From: Amoebophrya sp. A120
Taxonomy: Eukaryota > Protista > Dinoflagellata
Reading direction: 5' to 3'
NCBI GenBank assembly: GCA_905178155.1
Contig: CAJINV010000001.1
Coordinates: forward strand, 13,905,791 to 13,969,790
DNA: 64,000 nt
Positions within the stretch are counted from its first letter, which is position 1; the number at the start of each line of letters is the position of its first letter. Position numbers and translations under genes: made by a program. Below the pieces are notes generated by a model that did not search any database, was not told where the DNA came from, and worked only from the letters and a program-made list of their open reading frames with translations. This document shows positions 50,583-61,750 of this stretch, in pieces.

Positions 50583-51008
50583 TTAGTCGGTAAAAAGACC
50601 TGCTTCGGTCCGTCTTTTCTCCTTACTGAGCTCGGAAGACGCCGAGTGAGACTCTGCGCCGACTGTGCCGTTGGATTTCTCCTGCGTCGACTGCATCGCC
50701 TTCGCTGCTTTCTTAGATCTCAGACTGCGAAGCTCTTCATTACAGATGACGCAAGGCTTTTCACAAGTCTTTCTGAAGTAATTATTGGGTCCTTCGGCCA
50801 TGTATACCGATTTTTTGTCTTTGATGTAATCGCTTTTCTCGGAGTCTGAGCATCTAAGTAAGCACTTGCCCTTGCATGTCGGCGTGAACGGGCAGAACTC
50901 ATTCCCGCATGGGTGATGGAGTAGCCATAGAGAGCACTGCTTTCCGCAGTGATTACCATAGATTTGCACTGTTCTCCCTGACATCTTCCTATGACATAGC
51001 GCTGCCAT
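50583..51008 (-). CDS. Small Cys/His-rich accessory ORF just inside the A1 repeat of element 1
   Basis: HCGKQC...HHPCGNEFC...CKGKC...CEKPCVIC; likely ATG at 51008. Confidence 0.45.
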   Translation of the reverse strand: MAALCHRKMSGRTVQIYGNHCGKQCSLWLLHHPCGNEFCPFTPTCKGKCLLRCSDSEKSDYIKDKKSVYMAEGPNNYFRKTCEKPCVICNEELRSLRSKKAAKAMQSTQEKSNGTVGAESHSASSELSKEKRRTEAGLFTD

Positions 51009-51160
51009 TTGCCTGAAGAAAAGAGAAAATGGACTCGCGTTTATACGGTATGCGCGACCCACCGCGCTTAGAACAGCGTAGACTCAGATTCCCTCACACT
51101 CATTTTCTTCGACTCAAAACTGATGCTAACGAAATTCTCCGAATTTCTCGAAGCATAAAA

Positions 51161-51558
51161 TTTGATTATGAAAGAAAACAAGAAAAGATGATGGTTGACG
51201 TTAATGATATTTCTTGGAAAATAAGATTTTGCCATCGAATCAGATCGGATCAATCATGTCGGTTGTTGCTCTTTCATATTCATACTCTTCGATATCATTT
51301 TTCGTCATTGAGTTGCAATGTCCCGTAGTGTCGTGTTAATCTTCATCATCATCCTCCTCCTCAGATCACATCATCCCAATTTTGATTATGAAAGAAAACA
51401 AGAAAAGACGATGGTTGATGTTAATGATATTTCTTGGAAAATAAGATTTTGCCATCGAATCAGATCGGATCAATCATGTCGGTTGTTGCTCTTTCATATT
51501 CATATTCTTCGATATCATTTTTCGTCATTGAGTTGCAATGTCCCGTAGTGTCGTGTTA
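51161..51558. repeat. 220-bp tandem repeat: copy 1 split by element 1 (40686-40730 plus 51161-51338), copy 2 intact (51339-51558)
   Basis: Intact copy reads CATCCCAAT-TTT-GATTATG, which equals left flank + TTT + right flank of the element. Confidence 0.9.
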
Positions 51559-51709
51559 AGTAGGTGTTCGTGATTTGTGTGATCAGGGTTCTTTTCGTCT
51601 GTAGTATTGGAGTCTCTTGTTCGCGGTCAGTGTCGTTCGTCGCTTTCAGCAATCTGGTTTCATCAATATCATGCTCAGGAGCCCCATGCGGCAATTGCTG
51701 AAGAGCAAA

Positions 51710-53909
<2,200 letters not shown>

Positions 53910-54816
53910 GGTGGTACTTGTTTAGTGGCGAACTAGAGAGGGCTATCAACTATCTTTATCTCTCCGAAAAAAGCACCAAATTGCCATTTTTTCCTACATA
54001 ACAGAGGAAGTCCTCGTGCATGTTCTCTTTGAAGCACTTGCACAGCACTGTTAGGCTAAGCAGGGTGAAAACTTTGTCTACTAACTTCTACAGCACTCAG
54101 TTTTGTCAGTGATGGCCTCTGTCTTGCTCTTTCTCCAACTAAATGTTTCCTTCGGTGTTGTGTCGCTGGTCGCGCATATTTTCTTATTCTCGAAATTGAA
54201 ATCTTCGGGCTGATGGTTGGTTCGTTGGGCAGGGGTCGCTCGCGAAAAGTTTCTACCTTAATGCCCTCATGGGGAACAGACCAGAGCGAGAACGTCGTTG
54301 AGTGACAACATCATAAGTAATCGATATTGGCCGGAAGCACCATAGCGTCCGCTTTTTTGATGATCGTCACGCGCTCCAAGAACGCTTGTCAATAACAATA
54401 TCTTTTTGTGTTTTGTTTAGTCTTGCTCTTGTACTTCGTCTATATCTCTGTGTGTTCTATGATCATCGAGTGCGAAGCAACGAAAGTGTAGTTGAGTTCG
54501 GAATATGTACGTATACCGTCCTCGCAAAAGAAAACGAAACTCGTGCTGCCTTTCGCCCACCAAAAGAAAAAAGATGCGCTCGTAGTCGTAGTGCTTGTTC
54601 GCTGTGCAACATGTAAGTAGCGCCTTGCCTTTGATAAGTACTACTCTCACCCTTGAGTTGTCAACCTTGACGAAACCTCCTCTCCCGCCGGTTGCACTGC
54701 TTATGCTTTCGTATTCTCGTCAGGCAGCGTCCAATACTAAAGTGATTTTTTCACTGCCAAATTTCTGTAGTCCGCGTGTCCCCGCCACCTACACCGGGAT
54801 AAGCACTTGGAGCCCA

Positions 54817-55145
54817 TATGGCTTGCTCAGCTGGAACGATCTCAACTGGAGCAACCGGTGATGCCAAATATGGATTATCTGTCTAGCAATGCAAGGAAAC
54901 TCTTTAATTTTCTTGCATGACACGTCTGTCCTCACAACCACAAGTACTTACTTAGATTTCAAACCGCATGGACGTCCAGTCGTGTAAAAAATGATCTGTC
55001 ATGCAGACCGACGAACTGCTACTGCAGCCAGCAACGAAAAAACATACACACTCTGTCTGTGCCCTTTGATATGCAGCAAAATTTTTCTTATTTTTCATTT
55101 TCTATTGTCCCAGTTGAGATGGTTTCAGGTGAACACCAGGCCATA
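54817..55145. mobile_element. Possible TIR element overlapping the glutaminase 3' end
   Basis: TATGGCTTGCTCAGCTGGAACGATCTCAACTGG resembles the reverse complement of the right end TATGGCCTGGTGTTCACCTGAAACCATCTCAACTGG; no matching 5-bp flanks. Confidence 0.45.
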
Positions 55146-58018
55146 AACTTTTCCACGTTAATATCCTTCTTCAGCCCATCGAGGAAAAGTTTTGCAAAGA
55201 TCCCGCCTACCACTGGTCGCGCAGCGAAGCCTCCCAGCGCCTTTCCGGAGTCAACGTCGTACCAGTCTGATAAGGGAATCCTGCTTGTAGTCTCGTTGGC
55301 AAATTTGTGCATCGCATCAAGGTAAAGCGGATCAAAATTTTCTGTCTCAACATGATCCGCGGAGGTGGTTGCGCCGAAAAGAAAGCCCAGGTAGTCGAGT
55401 TTCGTGTACCGCGCTCGGGGGTCGAGCGGCAAGCCAAAGGAGGCCATTTTTTTGCGGTAGAAAGCGTGCTCCTTTTGCAGCACCAGGTCCTCAGGGAACG
55501 GTAGAGCGTCGGTTCGCATGCTTGATGTTTCCCACTCAGCAGAGTCGGAAACAGTCCTGGTGTTGCGCCCTTTGGTGCCCTTTGCTCCCTTACCGTTCTT
55601 TCCGCCCTCATTTTCGTCGCCCTTGTCATCTTCGATTGTCCCGGAAGAATCGGCTTCGGTTTTCCCACCTGGCAGCAATAGCCTGCGCCTCCACTGATGA
55701 CGCTTGCGTTCCACAAGGACTTGCAAAACACGCTGGAAAAACAAGTTGTACTTTAGACTGTAACTTTCACTGCTGGTATCGTTCAGAAAAAGTTTGTAAT
55801 GGTCAATGTCTGTCTTGGTTGCTTTCGCTCTTCCTCTTTCCAGAATATCGCCATGATCCGTTGTCACGTTGACCGCAGCCAGTTGCATCCAGGTTCGGCC
55901 GTATGTTTCTGCAACCCTTTTTGCTTCCTCGTCGCCAAAAGCGAAGCCGTAAGCGGCGAGAGCCACAATTCCCTTCACCGCGAGATTGCTGTTGTGTGTG
56001 GAGGGGCCTTGAAAGTCGTCGGTGCACAATTGAAACGAGGGATCTGGGAGGTTCTCTTTCAGATAATCTGCCCAATGACGCAGTAATTCTGATCGACCTG
56101 TTACAACCGGCGCGCCTGACAAAGCTGGACGGCGGAATTTCCTGGAGCCCCGTGATGAAGGAAGTGAGGGTGTTGAGGACCTTGTAGAAGTTCTGCCAGT
56201 TCTTGCAAGCCCGGATAGTACGTCGCTTTCTTTCTCACTTGTAGCAGGATAACTCTCCGGGTCTTCTTCTTGCATCAGCTTCAAGAATATTCAGTGCAAA
56301 AGCATCGCAGTAATCGCAATTGACATCGTCTTCTTGCATCAATCTACCTAGAAGACTTTTCGTTCTGAAACAAAACTTAAACGACTGTCAACATACAACT
56401 TATAAATAGCTGCGACGCTTTTGCAACGCATAAAGAACGACAATAACAACAGCATGTTCCCGGTTTCTTCCAGCGGCATGTCCTCCTGCTTGTTCCCTGG
56501 CCTTCGCGCGACCGGCCACGTCCCCAGGTCGTGCGGCGCGAAGGGAAGGCTGTAGTTGTACTTTGCTACTCCGCATGCACTGCAAAAGCATCGCACGCGG
56601 CAGACTGGTAGGAATTGCATTCATGTACCTGCTTCCTGACCTGAATCTACATTGTATTTGTAGATTCATCAGGTCAGAAAACAGATCCGTCATGCAATAG
56701 CTCGCGGTAATTTATTACTAGAATGCGACGGCGTTGCTTTTGCACAACATACTCCAGTTTCGTTGTTCGCGTAGATCAGGAGCGGTTCCAGGAGGTCTTG
56801 TAGCAGTGTTGGGTTGAAGTGCAGGAGGACTGGGCTCATTGGCGCGATCACGTCCACGGTGCTGACGTCGCCGTCGCTGGAAATTTCCTTGACGAAAAAG
56901 AGTGGCTTTTTCCGGGCGGTGTCGTAGCCGACCGTGAGGGCGCCGGTGCACTGGCGGTAGGAAAGGTGCGCCAGATCCGCATACTTCTTCCCACCACTCG
57001 CACGCAAACTTGTTCCCAGAGTGCTGTCAAACTTCCGCGCCGCGGCTATCCTGAGTAAAAACGTCCCCACACCAGAGTCAGGATTTTGGGAGTCACGCAC
57101 GCAACACAAACCTAGGGGTTTTGGGAGTCACGCATGACAAATTGCACTCCGCAGTGTAGTGCTGGTTAGCAAGTGCAGCCGCGTCACAGACTCATCTGCT
57201 CATCCTGTTCACAGCGTCACAAATTCCAAAACACGACTGGAAATGGCTCTCATGGGTATGCGCATTACAAGTCTTCCTGTCTTTGCAAATCTGCATTACA
57301 CCTCTGGCGTGGGTACGTTTTTACTCAGGATAGCGGCAAACAGTCCGGACCGCCACACGGTGGCGCGGGAAAGGACCTTCTGGAGGAAAACTGCACGGGC
57401 AAAGTAGGGATGGTCGTCGTCGTGTTCTTTAGATGAAGAAAAAGATTGATAACGCTCTTCATCTACATCTTCTTCGTGCGCAGTTGGCGTTCTTCTGCTA
57501 GCACTGCTTTGAACAGAATCAATACCACTTTTTTCATCGTCCTTGATGTTATAGTCCACATTTCGCAATCGCTTTCGCAGTCCTCGCATTTTTTCCACGG
57601 ATTTCGCTGCCGGCGAGATTTGTGTCCAGTAGGGCGGCAAGCTCCGTTCGAAAAAATCTATGGCAAAGTCGCCGGCGTCGAAGGCGAACGTGAGCTCGGC
57701 CGTTCGTGGCAGTTCCTCAATGCTTCCCAACTCGAACCAGACGGCCGCGACCACGCCCGAGTCGTTGTCTTCCTCGCTACTACTTGCGCGCCTTCCTTTG
57801 GTTTGTCCCTGTTTCAAAAAATTCTCCTGGCATGCCGTCGAGGATGGGCAGACCTGACTGGTAACTAGACCGCTTTCCTTCCGTTCCCTGTTCGCAGAGC
57901 CTGGTCGGGTAGCTGAACCAGGGCCCGCGGTTTTGTCTTTCTGTTCGTACGCTGGGTGGTGCCCCGCAAGATGAAAAGCGCCCCAGTTGATTCGATCGAC
58001 GTTAGCACTTATCAACTG
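55088..58018 (-). CDS. gtaA: Glutaminase A (GtaA family; DUF4965/DUF5127-type), 3' part only; 5' part lies beyond element 2
   Basis: DRINWG; FVKEISSDGDVSTVDV; FAPHDLGTWP; MPLEETGNML; QLCTDDFQG; NLAVKGIVAL; YSLKYNLF; GLPLD; PLSDWYD; GFAARPVVGGIFA. Confidence 0.88.
56288..56432. mobile_element. TIR-bounded introner in gtaA
   Basis: TATTCAGTGCAAAAGCATCGCAG / CTGCGACGCTTTTGCAACGCATA; direct repeat AAGAA; removal gives LLSF|LKLMQ. Confidence 0.88.
56574..56751. mobile_element. TIR-bounded introner in gtaA, TIR related to 56288-56432
   Basis: CATGCACTGCAAAAGCATCGC / GCGTTGCTTTTGCACAACATA; flanks CTCCG and CTCCA; removal gives NETG|VAKYNY. Confidence 0.82.
57047..57332. mobile_element. TIR-bounded introner in gtaA, same family as CDK intron 4
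   Basis: TATCCTGAGTAAAAACGTCCCCAC / GTGGGTACGTTTTTACTCAGGATA; direct repeat GCGGC; internal homology to 51947-52316. Confidence 0.92.
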
Positions 58019-59909
58019 TAACTATTATGCAGGTGCCGATGCCCATACTGTATGGTCTTCGTCCGTTCACGGACCGATGGATGCCTACAGCGGCCCCCGC
58101 CCCCGAAGGGGGGTAGGGTCGCCGTTTGGTGGTGCGCGAGCACACACCCGAACGCTGAAACGCACCGCGAGCGTCCTTCAGAAGTGGCGGGGCGGGCAGT
58201 AGGCCTCACCCCTAGAGCACACATAGCCTTTGGCTCTGATGTGAGCTAGACTATACTCTTGGAAGGGCGGCGGTGCGTTGTCGTAAGGATGCATGCACAC
58301 GCGCCGTGGCAAGACTAAGACCGTACAGAGAGACTCCTGACGCCTCACTGGAGGCCGTGACATGTCTGGCCCTAGAGAGGGGCAGAGTCAGGGTGGGCAG
58401 AAAAAAGACCAAGAGAATAGGGACAGGAGGCCTGTACGGCATCCCTCCCGGCGTGACAAAGGTCATGCCAATCTCAGTCACCTGCGGCCGCGTAAGGTTC
58501 TCGACCGACTCGCCGCCTCCAGCGGCTGAGCCACACAGTATGTCCAACCAATTCGCCGAGACCGCTTACGCGCGTAAACATCCATCAGACCAAACAGCAT
58601 GGGCGGCGCCTCAGTCTAGTTACCAAGTCCTAACTATTATGCAGGTGCCGATGCCCATACTGTATGGTCTTCGTCCGTTCACGGACCGATGGATGCCTAC
58701 AGCGGCCCCCGCCCCCGAAGGGGGGTAGGGTCGCCGTTTGGTGGTGCGCGAGCACACACCCGAACGCTGAAACGCACCGCGAGCGTCCTTCAGAAGTGGC
58801 GGGGCGGGCAGTAGGCCTCACCCCTAGAGCACACATAGCCTTTGGCTCTGATGTGAGCTAGACTATACTCCCAATCGTGCTGCCTGAGGCCCGCCCCCCC
58901 GCCAGTTGTGATGCCTTTGCGGGGCTATGGTAGTACCATATTTCCAGAGCACTGTGGTAACTGTGGGGCCACGGAATCGTCCGGGACGCATGGTTTGCTA
59001 CGTGCGGTCTCATTCATCTGGGTAAGTGTGTGCACTTGTGTACTTTCAACTGATGCTGAGTCACATCATCCATCTGCAGATTAGAACGAGTGAGATCATC
59101 ATTTGAATCCGATGAAGATCGAGATTAGAAAGAATCACTCAAATCAGACGCGGAGAGAGAGTCGGGCACTCGATCGAAGAGAGATTTTCCTTTGAGAAGA
59201 ATGCGGACGATGGAGCTCATCCCCGGATGATATATTTTTTGAAATTCAGAAACAGAACAGCTTGACTTGCTGATGTTCCTCTACCCGAGCCTTGTTTGGC
59301 GATGGCTCACAATAATACAGCACTTTTAGAAACGCAACATACAGGATGAGGTCCGGGCTTGTCGCTCTTGGGCCACGAAAAGAACGTGGTCAGCGAAGTC
59401 TAAAAAGTAGCGCATTTCCGTTGTAATCGCGAGAAAGTCTACTGCTAGTGCGCGCGAGTCAGTGTTGTTGAGTCTCGACACATGCTCTTTCAGTAGATCT
59501 TGTGTGCACCGCAGTCGTTTTTTGGCATCCTCCAGGAGACGACCGATGACGTCCTCCTCCACCGGTGGCACAGCTGCCAGGCACCATGGCGACACGCAGT
59601 GTCTAACTGCGCGGTGAGTCGGTGTGTCGGTACCTGTGGTGTTCTGTCACTTATGCATGAATGTGGGGGGGGGATGGGGCTGCTAGTGAGCTTCTGCGTC
59701 ATCACTGAGACATCACAAAAACAGAAGGGCGGGAATATACCTTTTTTGTGTGGGGTAGGTGCTTGTGGTGTGTGCTGTCCCGCTGGTACCAGTGGTGATC
59801 GGGCGGGTGCCAAATTGCCTGTGTTTTGAATTTGAGTCGATCAGATGCATCGCATGTGGCTGCACGCATTCCAAACCACATACAGCAACAGGTCGAGACC
59901 TAAGGGAAA

Positions 59910-60428
59910 CTAATAATACTTTTTCTCGGTGTCCTGTTGCTTGGTGTCATCGCTGGTCCCAGTGGTCGTCTTCGAGGGGGAGGATGAAGACGCGGGCGTC
60001 GAGGACGAGGGGGGAGAATCGCGGTCGTTGCAGAAGAGAACGAAATCAACAGTTTCCCGGCCATCGGTCCAGGGGTAGAGCTGCATGGGCTTGGTCACCT
60101 GATCGTCGTAGCGGGCACGGGACTCGGAGAGCCGCGCAAGCGTGGCGTCGAGGCACTCCTCTTCGGACAAGCATTTCCGGAGGAATATCTTGCTGGCGCA
60201 CTCCTTGAGTGCCTTCTTCAATTTCTCATCTTTGCACGCAGAGATAGCCTCGCGATACGAATCTTTCCATAATTTATCGCTCTGCGCCTGGACGCAAACA
60301 AACGCATCATGTGAGATTATTTTCTGCATGGAGACGTAGTTGTAAAAGAAGATGACGGCATTCTTTTCAAAGTCCTGAAAGAACTCTTCTGGCGTCATCG
60401 GACTGCTTTCCTTCTTAAAGGGCAACAT
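59910..60428 (-). CDS. Unknown accessory ORF of element 2 (possibly with a further exon near 59326-59630)
   Basis: 172-aa ATG ORF downstream of YR and inside the element; no family recognised. Confidence 0.5.
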   Translation of the reverse strand: MLPFKKESSPMTPEEFFQDFEKNAVIFFYNYVSMQKIISHDAFVCVQAQSDKLWKDSYREAISACKDEKLKKALKECASKIFLRKCLSEEECLDATLARLSESRARYDDQVTKPMQLYPWTDGRETVDFVLFCNDRDSPPSSSTPASSSSPSKTTTGTSDDTKQQDTEKKYY

Positions 60429-60590
60429 GGCTACTACGTGGTCCTATGATGTGTCGCTGTGCTGTGGTCCCTGCTCAAGAACAAGACAGAGTATTTTTTT
60501 GAAAGAAAATGCAAAGCGCGCTCGAAGATGGCGCTGCTCGACAGAAGCTGACCTCTCTTTTCCTTTTTGAAAGAAACAAAATCCTTCCTA

Positions 60591-61750
60591 TCAGTATTCG
60601 TCTTTGTCGATCGGTTGATGAAGTTCTTCTGTGAGGTAATTGAAGGCTTCTTTGGCCACAAATAATGGCGCGTCTAGATGATCTTTGTAGTCGAGTGTAT
60701 ACCCACGAAAACTGGTCATCCAGTTGTTGCTGCTCCAATCGAAATGAAGCGAAGTGCGATTTTGTGTCTCATTTGGAACTTGATTGAGCTCTTTGATGTT
60801 GCAACGTGCCATTGCCTTGCGTAACACTAACGCAAGCGTTCTCCTAGGGCCATGTCCGGTGGTTCCTGCGTGCTTGGCCGCTATCGCTAGTTTGGCGGCG
60901 GTGTAGGGGAGTGGCAAGCCACTGAGCCTCGCTGGGACGTAGGAGGGAAATTGGACGCTCGATACTGTGGAGCTACACTTGGTTGTCACCAACGCAGTTG
61001 CCCACTTTGGATCGTCTGCGTTGGGCTTGACGATGTCGATTGACTGCATTGAGGCAGCTCGCAGTCCGGAGCAGACCCAGAAGCGCACAATGTTCTTGTC
61101 CATTTGGTTGAGCAGTTTCACCCTGGCCGCTGTCACCGGTTTGGCTTTTGCGGCAGAGAATTGCTCCCGTAGCCGATTGACGGAGTTGGTGAGCAGCTTC
61201 ATGTTGTCAGTGACTTCCATTTTGCCTGTTGTTGATTCAGAGGATGCGTCTGATCACGACTTGTCGAATGATGCAAGAAACATAGCGACGCAAGGCGTCA
61301 CAAAAAGAAAGAAAAAGCACCTACTTGCTTTAGTCTGGAGATGACCGCGCAGGTGTAATTTGCTTGGCTTCGGCTCATGTCCATCTCGATGAGGAACTCC
61401 GAGAAGCTGTAAACTTCTCGCAAGTAGGTGAACGTGGGGCACTGGAGGTGCGTCATCGGCTCGCCGTATTTCGGGATGTAGATTCGGTCACTGGGTTTGG
61501 TGGTGGTTAATGAATTCCACCAGCTAACGAACGACGTCCAATGAGCTTCCCGCTGCTTGACAGATTGATGGGGAAAACTCGCCTCCATCGGCCACACCCA
61601 GAGCTGATCTTGATACTCGAGGCGTGCATCGGGGTCCCTTGCTATGTTTTTAGCCCGTGGCGGATTTGCTGACGAGGGCTTCCTCGTGCTTGAGCTTGAA
61701 GTTTTGGATGCGGGTCGCGGCATTGTCGATCGCTTGCCTGAGTAGTTCAC
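60591..61750 (-). CDS. Tyrosine recombinase of element 2, probably two exons
   Basis: Catalytic part SGLR...TTK...HGPRR...FDW...RGY (60591-61220); N-terminal part 61321-61750 overlaps the pol end; a phase-1 GT-AG intron from 61320 to 61250 or 61226 joins them. Confidence 0.75.

Larger units (their letters stand above)
40728..51163 (-). mobile_element. Full-length, decayed tyrosine-recombinase (DIRS-order) retrotransposon with split direct repeats A1-[gag-YR-RT/RH-MT-like-macrodomain]-B1-A2-spacer-B2
   Basis: A1 51017-51163 matches A2 41043-41189 (147 bp); B1 41187-41330 matches B2 40728-40871 (144 bp). TTT at both ends and at the B1/A2 junction. YR, RT and RNase H motifs inside. Confidence 0.92.

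Noticed and set aside
58040-58090. Hammerhead ribozyme (minus-strand GTCCGTGAACGGACGAA resembles stem II)
   Set aside because: The CUGANGA core and GAAA are absent
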